Shown piece after piece: positions 1-12,335 of a stretch of DNA of 64,000 nucleotides (its first letter is position 1; each line of letters begins with the position of its first letter). The DNA comes from Azolla caroliniana. Lineage: Eukaryota > Plantae > Polypodiophyta. The translations under genes and the position numbers were made by a program. Below the pieces are notes generated by a model. That model had not been told where the DNA came from and ran no database searches. It saw nothing but the letters and a program-made list of their open reading frames with translations. The stretch covers positions 12,772,001 to 12,836,000 of the forward strand of contig JBHGNT010000015.1 of assembly GCA_043228905.1 (NCBI GenBank). The letters are read 5' to 3'.

Positions 1-1000
1 GGGTAAGGACGAAACGGTCAGACCGGACGGGTTTCGGAGATTCGTCTCAGACCGCATCAGAGACTGCGAGAAGGTGCTACAAAGGTTGGAAGATGCGCGG
101 CTCACCTTCTCCGGGGAGAAGTCAGCTTTCGGACAGTTGGAAATCATGGTTGTCGGTCATTTGTGCGGGCCTTATGGCCGGAATCCGTCTCTGGGAAAGG
201 TCAAAGCCATTTCCACGATGAAAGAAGAATGCAAGTCGGTAACGGAAGTTCGGAGATTCTTGGGAGCTTGCACGTTCTACCACATTTGGATCCTGCATTA
301 CGTTGTCGTGCCTTTCGGCTCCAGATCGTTTGCGTGAGTTGGGTGGGAACCACCGGGGTTTTGGACTAGGAGGAGGAAGAATTTGAGGCTAATCTAGTTA
401 TGAATATGAATAGATTATAAGAAAGAGATATAGAAACTTGTGAATCCCACAAGTATAATTGTTTTAGTTTATCTAAATCGTAGTAATAAATTGAAATAAT
501 TTAGAATAGATTAGAGTAGATTGAGAAAAGAGATCAAACCTTGTGAATCCCACAAGTATTACATTAATCAATATTTATGTAAGAATATGAATTTAGATTG
601 AAAGAGATAGATTATCTTAAACTTCGTGAATCCCACGAGTATATTTTATTGATTGTTGGTGTTTTAGGAAATATATCCAATTTCCCAAATATTTTTCACA
701 CACCTATTACATTGTGCTCCCCATCCTTATGTAGTGATGGGAGAGACTAAGCATAGCTACATGCTTTTTTTCTAATATGTTCATGCACACTAAATGTGCA
801 TGTGATGCTTTTTATTTTATTTTATTTTATTTCCTAAGTATAGGGCTCATGCACGCTAGATGTGCATGAGTTATTTTTAGTGTCTCGTGTTTTTTCTTTT
901 TCATATATTAAAGAAATACACGATTTACCTTTCAATAAAGGTATGCATAAATAAAGGTCTTATACATATTAAATCTATATTTAAAACACTTAAGATAATT

Positions 1001-1054
1001 TAATGTAATGGTAAGGTTGGGGTTTGTCAACGTGGAGGTGTAGAGTTCGAATCA
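1001..1054 (+). promoter_or_regulatory. tRNA-derived Pol III A-box/B-box cassette inside the solo LTR (degenerate tRNA-Asp-like)
   Basis: TAATGTAATGGTAAGG ... TT-GTC-AA ... AGGTG-TAGAG-TTCGAATC. All conserved positions fall at canonical tRNA numbering, but the stems no longer pair. Confidence 0.6.
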
Positions 1055-1115
1055 CGCCCTGTGTAGTAGTGAGTATTTCCTTTCTTTTTACATTTATGTC
1101 TCTTTATCCGGCTCT

Positions 1116-1207
1116 TCCTTGCCGGTATGCCGTTTTCCTCCTTGCCGGTATGCCGTTTTTCCTCCTTGCCGGTATGCCGTTTTCCTCCTTGCCGGTATGC
1201 CGTTTTC
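1116..1207. repeat. Tandem repeat, ~23-bp unit (CCTCCTTGCCGGTATGCCGTTTT) x4
   Basis: Directly visible inside the solo LTR. Confidence 0.9.
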
Positions 1208-3278
1208 TTCCGGTTCTCACCGAGCACTCCATTCTCTATCCGGAGGGACAAAAATATAATTTCCACATAGTGTGCAACCTACACTACGACAACGTCCATA
1301 TTGCGGAGCCACTCTACGGGTTGTTGAAGAAAGGACGCAAGTTCGAGTGGAGCAAGGAGCATGCGGAGTCGATCCGGAAAATGAAAGAAGCGCTTACCGC
1401 GGCACCGGCGCTCCAGAAAGCAGTCTATGATAAACACGTTCTGATTTATGTAACCATAGACACGAGTCCGACCGGGATCGGATGGGTGATCAACCAATAG
1501 GATGAGAACGGCGTAAGGTTTCCCCGTCCGGTTCGGTGCGAAAGTACTTAGCACGCGATAACAAGGGTACGCCCATGTTAAACTCGAACTTTGGGGTATC
1601 GTTTCGGCGGTCAAGGCCGACAAAGACCACCTGATCGGGATAGAGGTAATAATAGAGACGGACTATTTACCGATTCTCGGTATGGTTTCCGGATGCGCGA
1701 GCTAGACCTGGCAATGCTCAGGTGGATAGCGTACATTAAGTCCCTGAATCTAGAGATACGACACATTTCCGGGAAAGACAACGCCATGGCCGACATGCTT
1801 TCAAGAGAAAGGTTTGATGACAAAAACGGCACTCCGACGCTTAATGAGTTTGATGAGAGCAAGTACGATGGCTCCAGATCAGTGGATTCTTGAGAACGAT
1901 GGCGACAGACGCGGCATGGACAAAGGAAGAGCCTAGCCGGATCCGGAAGAAAGCGTACTGATTCTTCCTACGAGATGGGAGCATATGGAAGCACCCGAAG
2001 AAGTGAGACGGCGTCCCGCTCCGGGTGGTGGCAAGGAAGGAGGAGCAGGAAGCATTGTTGATGGCGTACCACGAGAGTCCTTGGGCCGGACACCGGGGGA
2101 CATGGGCCACATTCGAGAAGCTGAAGGAGAAGTACTGGTGGCCGGGACTATACTGGGATGTGCATCGGTTTGTAACGACTTGCAAAACCTGTCAAATGCA
2201 TTCCATAGTCCGACATCGGGATGAGTTGCACCCGACTTACTCGCCGACTGTGCACTTCAAGTGGATGGTGGATCTGGTGACGATGCCGATGGGCGTAGGG
2301 CAGATGCGATACCTGGTGCTAGCATGAGAAGATCTGACGAACCAGTTGGAGGGCCGAGCATTACCGAACAAGACGACCGTGGCCGTGTGCCAGTTCCTAA
2401 TCGAGGAGGTGGTGTGTCGGTACGGGTGCGTAGGGAAGATCGTAGCAGACCGTGGAGAACTGGATGCACAAGAGGCCGAAGAGTTGTTTGAATGGTTAGG
2501 GGTTAAACTCTCGCTCACTACGGCGTACAATCTAGAGGCAAACGGGAAGGTGGAACGCGGACACGGGCCAATCGTAAAGGTATTGGTACGGGCCTGCGGA
2601 GGCCAAGTCGGGAATTGGCCGCGGCTCCTACCCTACGCATTGTGGGTAGACCGAATTACGCACAACTTGGTAACCGAGTTCATGCCGGCGGAGCTGATGT
2701 ACGGGCAAAAGCGGATCATGCCGATGGAGCGAACGATCTCCTCATGGGCCGCAGTGGACTGGAGAGATGAGATGAGCTAGGAGGAGCGGTTAGCGGCGCG
2801 AATCCAACAGCTTGAGCGAAGACCGGAGGACGTGGAACGAGCAACGACGAAGCTGCGTGCAGCAAGGGCAAAGAACAAAGGACGATTCGACCGGAGTCAC
2901 CGACTACGACCAAGGAAAACCGAGGAAGGCGATTGGGTTTTGGTCTACGACAGCAACCTCGACAACTACACAAGGCAATGTGGAAGTTTACGAGGAGGTG
3001 GTTCGGGCCTTATGCGGTGACAAGCGCCAACGACAACGGCACCTACCACCTCGTGGAGCTCGACGGAACAAGAATAGTTGTGCCGGTGGCCGGGAAGAGG
3101 ATCAAGGCGTTCAAGAAGCGGCACGAGGACGAATCGGACCTAGAGGGCATGGGTGGCGACAATGATCGGTTCGAAGCGGGTGGCGAACCGGGGAGTGAAA
3201 GATAATTGCGGGCCAGTTTTCTCTAGCAGAAGTCTATTCTGGCGCATACCGGAGGATGCGCGGTTAGGTGGGGGCGGA

Positions 3279-3909
3279 TGTCATGGAGAAAACCGTCCCT
3301 AGGAGGAATCAGTGGATGGTGTGCGTGAACCGGCCCTTACACACGGGCACATGTTTTGATATATTTACATACATAGTTAAGTACAGGTCGACGATGTAAT
3401 TATCCTAGGTAGCACGAATTCATTAAGTAGGGAATCAAAGAGGATCTCTGTTCGAAAGGACAGAGAATAACAGTGATTTAACAGTCTATAAACAACTCTC
3501 TCTCCTTGTGCTATAAAAGGAGAGGAAAAGGGCCTGAGTAGGGATTGCGCGTTTTTTAGAGGACGAAGTGTTGTCGGACTGGGAACCGAGCTCTCTCCTC
3601 CACCATCGTTGTTGTCTTTGCAGGGATTTTGGGTTATGTTGGTTGCCTCTACTGCGTGAAAGCCTGCGTGCTTCCGGTAGAGGCTCCATTGCGTATTTCA
3701 GTGCGCGTGTTTGTCTATGTTGAGTCTGCCACCGGCTTGCCGGTTATAACATTGCAAGCTCTGTAATCTATACTATTATTGGAATTGATTCTTTCGTTTC
3801 TGTCTCTCTGTGTTTCTGCGAACCTCTCCACTCTCATCTCTCGCGCTCCTCGATTCAGGGCCCCCGCGATCCCGCCTTATTTCATACACGAGAACGTAAC
3901 AACACGACA
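3279..3909 (+). repeat. 3' LTR of Gypsy 1
   Basis: Starts with TG right after the purine tract, has TATA-like CTATAAAAGG near 3511 and ends CACGACA. Confidence 0.8.
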
Positions 3910-6900
3910 ACGATATTTCCGTAAGCAATGGGACGACCATCAATGACTACTACAGAGACTGGGCAAGGGAGTTTTCTTAGGGATATTTGAAGAGGTTGGG
4001 CAAAATTCTTATCCATGAAGCAAGAATTAGCTCCAGAATCTAGGAGTGCTAAGACATGTACTGGAGGAATACTTTTAGTACTAATAGTTACTTGAGCTAG
4101 GAAGACATTCCTAACTTTCTTAGAGGGAATGGAACCACTAATGGACTGCACAAATCTAGGGTTGTCCAACCAAACGACTCCTATTTAGGCTGGACTTAGT
4201 CATTTAACTCTTCTTCTAACTGACTAAGGACTTCAAATTTGTTCGATAGACTTGGGCTATTAGTACTATTAGGACTATCAGACACTCCTACCGAAATAGG
4301 CTCAGGTTTAGTACAAGCAACTATTTGATTTACTTGTCTTCTTGGCCTATGTGCACAGTTTATTGCGATATGCCCTGGTCCTCCACAGTAAAGACATAAT
4401 CGATTTACTCGGCGTCGTTTCTTTTCTTCTTCCGACAATGGTCCACGACGACGTGTGATGTCAATTTCGATTGGTGTTGGAGTATTTGTCGGAGATGCAT
4501 TGACTCCCTTGCAAATGATGTTTCTACGACCGAGGCGTATGTGGGCTCTGTTATAAAGGCGCTTCGGCTCTTCTGTGTGCACAACAGATCGTGATGTGCT
4601 GGATCGTTCAATGCTCAAGACAGAAAAGAAGGGGGAAAGCGACTTACCTCTACACAATCCAAAAAGCTTCTACTTCATTACACGCAGAGCTCAACTTGCT
4701 CTCATCAGTGTTTCTATTTTATGTTCTTTCTTCTTTCTTACAACTACACTCTCTCTTACTACTTTCTACTTTTTACCTAAGTATATAAGTGACTTATATA
4801 TGCAGCTAATTAGTTGTCAGTAGCTAAATAGTTGTGCATAGCTAAATAGTTGTTTCACCTTTATGTCCACTAGTAGCTAATTAGCTAATAACTACTATAA
4901 CTTATTTCTCAATAAGCATCACATGCCTTTGTTGAGCTTGTTTCTCAACACTCCCCCTCAAGCTCAACTTATCCTTTCTTGGGATCATCTTCAATCATCT
5001 TTTCTTCATGTTTTTCAGCTACCATGCCAATGGTTATAACTCCCATCATGTCTCTAAACTGTGTATGTTTTTCCATGCTCAGTCCCTTCGTAAGAATATC
5101 AACAACTTGCTGATTTGTACTTACATATAGTAGATCCACTTCTCCATCAATCACTTTTTCTCTAACAAAGTGATAATGCACTTCAATGTGCTTTGTTCTT
5201 GCATGGAACACTAGGTTTTTTGCGAGCTAAATGCTGCTCATATTGTCACACCAAATTGTGACAGCACCATCTATATATTCTCCCAAATCAGAAAGCAATC
5301 TTCTGATCCATACCTCTTCACAGGTGGCTATTGCAGCTCCTCTATATTCAGCTTCAGTACTTGATAGTGCAACAGTAGCTTGTTTCTTGCTACTCCATGA
5401 AATAGCTGCACTTCCCAATGTAAACATATATCCACTTGTGAATCTTCTGTCAGTTTGGCTTCCAGCCCAATCAGCGTCTATATATCCTTCCAGTTTTATG
5501 TCAAAATCAGCCTTGTAAAATAGTCCATAATTTTGAGTAGCTTTTACATACCTCAAAATTCTTCTTATGCAGTCCAAATGTGGCTTTGTTGGCTGTTGCA
5601 TAAACTGGCTGACTAATCCAATAGCATAACTCAAATCAGGTCTTGTTATGGTCAAATATATGAGGTTGCCCACCATAGACCTGTACATGTTTACATCTTC
5701 TATTTTGGCTCCCAAATCAACCCTCAATTTGCAGTTCTTATCTAGTGGCACACCAATAGGTTTGCATCCAAGCATACCATACTTCTTCAACATAGTTGTT
5801 GCATACTATTTTTGTAACATATATATACCACTTTTAGATCTTATCATCTCAATGCCAAGAAAGTATCTCAACTCTCCCAAATCTTTCATATGAAATTGCA
5901 TCTCCAAAAAAATTTTCAGCTTTCTTATTTCATCCATGGAATCACCTCCAATGATTAAGTCGTCAACATAAACAAGATAACAACAATGCAATCATTCATC
6001 TTCTTTAAATACAATGATGGATCAACCTTTGACATTTTGAAAGCAATTTTTTAAGAGATTCTAAAAGTTCTTTATGCCATGCTCTCGGTGCTTGTTTGAG
6101 TCCATAGAGAGCCTTTTTCAGCCTACATACATATTCAGGATGCATCTTATCTTCAAAACCTGGTGGTTGACACATATACACTTCTTCTTCTAAGTTACCA
6201 TGTAAAAACGCATTTTTTACATCCATATGGTGTAGAACCCACTTTTGGCTGCACTCACAACAATTAGTGTTCTCAATGTTGTTATCTTTGCAACCGGTGC
6301 AAATCTTTCATCATAATCAATTCCTTGCATCTGGGCATATCCCTTTGCAACAAGTCTTGCTTTATGTCTACTAACATTCCCATTGGAATCATGCTTTGTT
6401 TTGTAGACCCATTTGCAACCTACAACATTTTTTCCTTTCGGTAACTTTACCAAATCCCATATTCTGTTTTTAGCCAATGCATCTATTTCTTCTTGCATTG
6501 CATTCACCCATTTCTTATCAGATTTTGCTTCATCAAAACTACTTGGATCATGGATTTGTACCACTTTAGACATGTATGCATAATGCATAGCCATATATGT
6601 GTCATAACCAAATCTTTCAACAGTCTTTTTCTCTCTATCTGATCTTCTTAGTTTCTGATTTGCATCCTTCATTGCTTTTTCCATAGCAGGGATCTTCAAG
6701 GCTCATATACCAAGCTCATCATCCAATGATGTATCTGAATCTACATCTTCCATGTTTCTAGACCCATCATCAAGCATTTCATATTCCGGCATTTTCTGTT
6801 TTCCCTTTTTATCATCATATTTTTTTATGTCCTGCATGTTTTCCACTCCATGCATTTGAATCAAATTTACTACCTGAGCTTCCAGATGGTCCAGTACATT

Positions 6901-9900
6901 CTATTGATGTTGAACTTTGCTGTCCAACATTGCTTCCATTTCCATGGCAATCTCTTCCATTTTCAAATGTTTCTGTCTTCATTTTCATTGTCTTCATCAG
7001 TTTCTACATTTTGTTTTGGGTTGTACCAGCTACCCAACTCATCAAATATTACATCCCGACTTACCACAATCTTTGTTGTCAAAGGGTTATAGCAACTATA
7101 CCCTTTTTGCTCCTCTGAATATCCAACAAGAACACATTTTTCAGTTTTTAGATCAAGCTTACTCCTTACTTCAGCAAGTACATGAACATAGGCAAGGCAT
7201 CCAAACACTTTTAAGTGTCCTAAGCTAGGTTTCCTTCCATAGAAATATTCTTCAGGAGTTACTTCATGTACTCTACATGTTATACATCTATTTAAGATAT
7301 AGTTTGATGTGTTTACAGCTTCTGCCCAATAATACAATGGCATATTTTTTTCTGTCATCATGGCTCTTGCTATGTTCACCAGAGTTCTACTTTTTCTCTC
7401 AGCAACTCCATTTTGTTGTGGAGTATATCTACATGTGAACTATCTCCTTATCCCTTGATTGCATAGAAAATCAGAAAATTCATTTGAGAAGTATTCTCCT
7501 CCATCAGATCTTAGGCATTTTATTCTAGTTCCAGCCTGCTTTTTCACCATACATTTAAACTTACGAAAGCAATCAAATACTTCACTTTTCTCTTTCATGA
7601 AGTAAACCCGTGTTTTCCTTGAGCAATCATCAATAAATGTTACATAAAACCTACATCCACTAATTGATGCTTTTTTTTTTTGTCCCCATACATCTGTATG
7701 TACCAAATCCAACAAATTTTTCCTTACATGTCTTTCATGAGGGTAAGGTAACTTGTTTTGCTTTCCATATTGACATGCTTCACATATTCTTCCCATCTCA
7801 CAATCTTTGAACTTAGGCAGTCCAACCACTGCATTTTTCCTCGACATATTTTTCAAAGTTTGCATGCTTATGTGTCCAATTCTTTTATGCCACATTTCCA
7901 CATCTGAGATTACACTCATTCCTTCTACAAACATGGTTGTAATCTTCCAAGGCATATCCAGATCCAAAATAAACATTCTTCCTTGCCATTTTCCTTTTGC
8001 AATGAACTTTCCATTTTTCTCTATGAAGCATCCACTTTGCTTAAACTTCACTTGCATTCCTTGCTCCACTATCAGTCCAACAGAAATCAGATTTTTTACA
8101 AGGTTTGGCACATGCATAACATTCAACATATACTTTGTTTTTCCTTTTTCTTCCCACAATGGGATATCTCCAACATGCTCTATTTGGTGAGTAGTATTAT
8201 CACCTATCTGTACATAACCAAGAATCTCTGGTTCTCTTTGACTTTCAAACCAGTTTGCATGTCCTGTCTTATGATTAGATGCCCTAGAATCTACATACCA
8301 CATAAACTCTTCATTGCATCTCTGTGAACATTCAGCCATTGCTGTTGTTTCATGTTGCACCACAAATACACCATCTTTATCACAGTCTTCACTAGTTGAG
8401 GCATAATTATTTTACTGTCTCTTCCCTCTTTTTTCATCATTTTGCTTTTTATAGCACTCAGCCTGTATATGGCCTGGTTTTCCACAATACCAACAACTAT
8501 CATCATTCAAATAAGTTTGCTTACCTCTTCCTCGATTGCTCCCCCTGCCTCTGATGTTGTTTCTTCCACTTACAGCCTGTTGTCCTCTTCCTTGATGATT
8601 ATTGTTGTTGGTTCTTGATGAACCAAATCTTCCATGGCCTCTTCCTCGGCCTTTTTCAGCACTATTGTAGAGGGTTTGCCCCTCAGTCTCAGAGTTTCCT
8701 TTGTTTACATCATCCATCTGATTTCTTTCTTCCACTACAAGCATTGAAACCAAATCTGGAAAGCTTGGGATGCTATCCCTTGTGAGAATAGATGTTTTGA
8801 AGCTTTTATATTGAGGTCCTAAGCCTCTTAAGCATATTTCCACCTTATCATCATCTTCTACCTTCACATTGATAGAAGCAAGTGATTCACATATGCTCTT
8901 TATTTTTAGAGCATACTCATTCACTAACATCTTACCTTTTTCCAAGGTATTTAGCTCAGTCTTCAACTGAAGCTTTCTAGCCTTTGTGTTCACTGCAAAC
9001 AGTTTTACCAAACTGTCCCAAGCTTCTTTTGGAAGTATAAGATCATGTATGTGTCCGAGCATCGAATCCGAGATGCTAAGTGAGAGCCAATGCAATACCT
9101 TTCTTGCCCCTTGATTCCATTCCTTAAATGCTTTAAACTATGCAACAGTTGCATTTTCTTCTGGGATCTCTGGAGCCTCTTCTAGGTCTCCTTCAATGTA
9201 ATCCCAATATCCTTTTCCCATTAGGAAATTTGTCATTCTAAATTTCCACGCTGGGAAATTGTTTTTATCTAACTTTTCTGTGACTATTTGGCTTCCATTC
9301 TTAGCAGTCATTCTCTCTTTCAATTAGGGCTTTTGTTATGATTAACTTCACAAACAACTCTCTGATTCAGACTAGCAAACAGAGAAACAACCTTTCTCAG
9401 ATCTGTATTGTTCTAATCTTCTTTATGAGCAACTCTGCTCTGATACCATGTTACGAAGGCGCTACGGCTCTTCTGTCTGCACAACGGATCATGATGTGCT
9501 AGATCGTTCAATCCTCAAGATAGAAAGGAAGGGGGAAGGAGACTTACCTCTGCACAATCCAAAAAGCTTCTACTTCATTACACACAGAACTCAACTCACT
9601 CTCATCAGTTTTTCTGTTTTTTGTTCTTTCTTCTTTCTTACAACTACACTCTCTCTTACTACTTTCTACTTTTTACCTAAGTACATAAGTGACTTATATA
9701 TGCAGCTAATTAGCTGCCAGTAGCTAGTTAGCTGTCAGTAGCTAAATAGTTGTGCATAGCTAAATAGTTGTTTCACCTTTATGTCCACTAGTAGCTAATT
9801 AGCTAATAGCTACTATAACTTATTTCTCAATAAGCATCACATACCTTTGTTGAGCTTGTTTCTCAATAGGCTTTGACCTGGTCCTAGGAATTTGTAACTG

Positions 9901-10195
9901 GCGTTTCGAATGATGTTCGAAAAGCTGGTTATCGCATCGTGCCGCTCGACTGATTGCCTTTGCGAGAAATTTTGGTTCTTTGGAGAAAGTTAGGAGTAAG
10001 TCTTTCACATCATTTCGTAGGTCGTATCGAAATTGCTCCATCAATGCTTAATCATCCTAGGGGATATTGGAAGCAAGTAAATGGAAATCTGCAGCGTAAG
10101 CAGAGATTGGACGATCACCTCGACGTAATCGTCGGATTTTATTGATTGTCATCCTTTTGGTATCAGTATCTCCAAAACGGGCTTTAAACTCGCTT
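3910..10195 (-). mobile_element. Ty3/Gypsy 'Gypsy 2' fragment (gag and protease; Tcn1/sushi-like chromovirus gag), split by Copia A
   Basis: Gag FRYDLRNDVKDLL (9874-10195) continues after Copia A as TPTPIEID..GPLSEEEKKRRRVNRLCLYCGGPGHIAINC (4196-4548). Protease LALLDSGANSCFMD (3910-4169) is cut by Gypsy 1. Confidence 0.8.
4549..9868 (-). mobile_element. Full-length Ty1/Copia element 'Copia A' (decayed)
   Basis: LTRs 4549-4950 and 9449-9868. PBS TGGTATCAGAGC (tRNA-iMet) at 9437-9448 on the minus strand, and PPT AGCTTGAGGGGGAG next to 4950. TSD GGCTC/GGCTT. Gag CWYCGKPGHIQAEC, protease WYVDSRAS, integrase, RT VYVDDL and RNase H DADWAG..SSTEAEY are present with many stops. Confidence 0.95.
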
Positions 10196-10207
10196 TGTGA
10201 GAACCAC

Positions 10208-10250
<43 letters not shown>

Positions 10251-10564
10251 TGATGACAACAAGAAGTATATTATATTATAAGAAGAAAGATACAAGAACA
10301 ACTAGGAGGCTTAAGATTGGCATTGAACTGAATTAGTTCTCAATAATACCATGCGCCTCTTTTTATAGTATGCTTAGGAGTACTCCTGATATTTCTAGAA
10401 CGTTCCAGAGAAATCTAGAATATGCATGGATTTCCTAAATTAAATAAAAAGGAAATAATGTTCTTCATATTATAACCTATAGCTTAATGGTAAGGCTTCA
10501 ACCCATGTGACACAAGGTCATGGGTTCGAATCCTTTTGAAGCCATACCATGCTATATCATGACA
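10196..10564 (-). mobile_element. Isolated LTR-like sequence (369 bp) with (GA)n and a tRNA-derived cassette
   Basis: TGTGAG...CATGACA termini and a minus-strand TATA (CTATAAAAAGAGG). The flanks belong to different elements (Gypsy gag on the left, Copia integrase on the right), so there is no clean TSD. Confidence 0.6.
10480..10533 (+). promoter_or_regulatory. tRNA-derived Pol III A-box/B-box cassette
   Basis: A box TAGCTTAATGG with a paired D-stem (GCTT/AGGC), variable loop AGGTC and perfect B box GGTTCGAATCC (10523-10533) at canonical spacing. The anticodon and acceptor stems are unpaired. Confidence 0.7.
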
Positions 10565-11209
10565 CCTTGTTTTTCAAAGGTCTCAAAACCGAGATGAGCA
10601 TCGAGTTGTGGCACAAGAGAATTGGGCACATCAACCTCCAAAGGCTTTGAGCATTCGAGTCGAAACGAGTCGACCAAGTGTGTGAAGCATGCCAACTCGG
10701 CAAACAACATCGATTCTCATTCCCGAAGGAGAGCTACGTAAGCAAAGGCCTCCTCAATGTCATACATTCGGATGTATGGGGACCAGCTCAAATGCCGACG
10801 ACGGCGGATGCCGATACTACGACACCTTCATCAATGACTACTCCTACTACACGTGGAATCTTCCCGATGAAGAAGAAGAGCGAAGTGCTCTCCCACTTCC
10901 AAAAGCTCAAGGGCCAAGTGGAAAAAAACCCAATCGACACATTCGATGCCTACGATCAGATGGAGGCTAGGAGTACTTCTCCAACGAATTCATCTCCTAC
11001 ATCCAAGGTGAAGACATTCAGAGAGAATTCTCGTGCCGACACACACCCCAACAATATGGAGTAGCCGAAAGAAAGGATCGGCACATACTTGAGGTTGCAC
11101 GCGCCATGATGCATGAGAAGCACATGTTGAACTTCTATTGGGCCAAAGCAGCATCCACAACCGTCTATCTCATGAATTGATGCACCACTAATGGAGTGCA
11201 TGAGCTAAC
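10565..11209 (+). pseudogene. Copia integrase fragment
   Basis: LWHKRIGHINLQ, CEACQLGKQHR, IHSDVWGP, RSDGG and GVAERK, with frameshifts. Confidence 0.85.
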
Positions 11210-11975
11210 TGTTGTGAACACGGCCATCTTGTGCGGAACAAATCAACACTCTCCTAAGGTGAGGATCATAAGTGGATGCAAGCACGGTAGATTGATGGCA
11301 TTAGAAATAGAAACAGAGAAACAAGACACCAGAAGAACGCAAGAGAGAGAGAGACCATTAAGCACAAGATGAACTATATTTCAAAAACACTCAAAACTAG
11401 GTTAGAAAGTCAGTTTATGTACTAATTGATTTAGGGCAACTTTCCTTCTCACTATTTACATAAATAGCCTAAACCTAGTGTGTACAAATGGAGACAATGT
11501 GAATACGTTCATTAGAGACCTGCATTCAACACTCTCCCGTAATGGGCATATACATCGAAATTCTGTAAAAATAAATGTACAATATAGATTGATACAAAGT
11601 TTTTGAACAAATTGAAAATTTGTTCGAGTCGGTGAACTTCGAAAAACTAAAGGCCGAACTAGCTGAGGTTGGGGAAGGTAAAGCCTAACTTTGAACTATC
11701 GAAGTTGATTGTTCGAAAACATCCCAAGTGTCCGACATAATCGGATTGATTCTTCATTACACCCATATGGTGCCGAAGGGATCAAAATCGATCTGCTGAA
11801 AGACACTTGGTCATCCTATTTGCTGACATTAACAGCTGTAGATATCTTCTCGAGCCTGGTTTTCCCTGAAATGATGCAGTCCCGAACGATGTGATATCGA
11901 ATGTCGATGTGCTTCGAGGCGTTATGATGAACAAGTTTTTTCGACAAAGCGACAACACCCTGACTGTCTAAGCCC
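11210..11975 (-). mobile_element. Copia 3' LTR (about 11210-11531) plus RNase H end fragment
   Basis: TGTTG...TTCAACA followed by a pyrimidine tract. The minus strand encodes HHNASKHIDIRYHIVRD. Confidence 0.6.
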
Positions 11976-12335
11976 ACTGAGGCTATATTTGTAAATAGCC
12001 CAAAAGTCATATAAGTATAAATATGACTTAGGGCAATCACTTTATGTAGATGATGATATTGAGTTGTTGTACACTGAGTATGAGAGAGAGAGAGATACAA
12101 AACTAGTTTCTGTTGTAACCGCCGACAGGTGAAGACATAGAGCTCGAGGTCGTTGCCTCTGAGTCTCACATTGTATTCCTCCCCTCATAGTGATAGTTGG
12201 AGTCTGTGGGCTCCCGTGGTTTTTCCCATTTAGGGTTTTCCACGTAAACATCCTGTGTCATCTCGGTTTTAAATTTGTTCTCTTCTATTCCTTGTTGAAG
12301 ACTCGATTGTAGCCGAGCGTTATTTCCACACAACA
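11976..12335 (+). repeat. Partial LTR related to the Copia D/F LTR family
   Basis: Shares GGCTA..TTTGTAAATAG, GTATAAATATGA, TGTAACCGCC and GGTTTTCCACGT blocks with the LTR at 19618. The left end is missing. Confidence 0.65.

Larger units (their letters stand above)
304..1291. mobile_element. Solo LTR (988 bp) inserted in the Gypsy 1 RT
   Basis: Termini TGTCGTG...TACGACA with a 4-bp TSD ACGT (300-303 and 1292-1295). Removing it restores the frame CAT TAC GTC CAT ATT GCG (H-Y-V-H-I-A). Confidence 0.9.
1..3909 (+). mobile_element. Ty3/Gypsy LTR retrotransposon 'Gypsy 1', 3' part (RT end, RNase H, integrase, PPT, 3' LTR); decayed, 5' part outside the window
   Basis: RT thumb EVRRFLGAC..WILHY (74-300) resumes as VHIAEPLYGLLKK after a solo LTR. 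RNase H IDTSPTGIGWV, integrase zinc finger HESPWAGH..CKTCQ and core EANGKVERGH are present, with several stops and frameshifts. The purine tract AGGTGGGGGCGGA is followed by the LTR TGTCATG...CACGACA. Confidence 0.9.

Noticed and set aside
1024-1500. 158-aa ORF with a hydrophobic repeat
   Set aside because: It is a chimera of the solo-LTR 23-bp repeat read into the Gypsy 1 pol frame.
10473-10545. Functional tRNA gene
   Set aside because: The acceptor and anticodon stems do not pair. It is reported only as a tRNA-derived cassette, and the same applies to 1001-1054.
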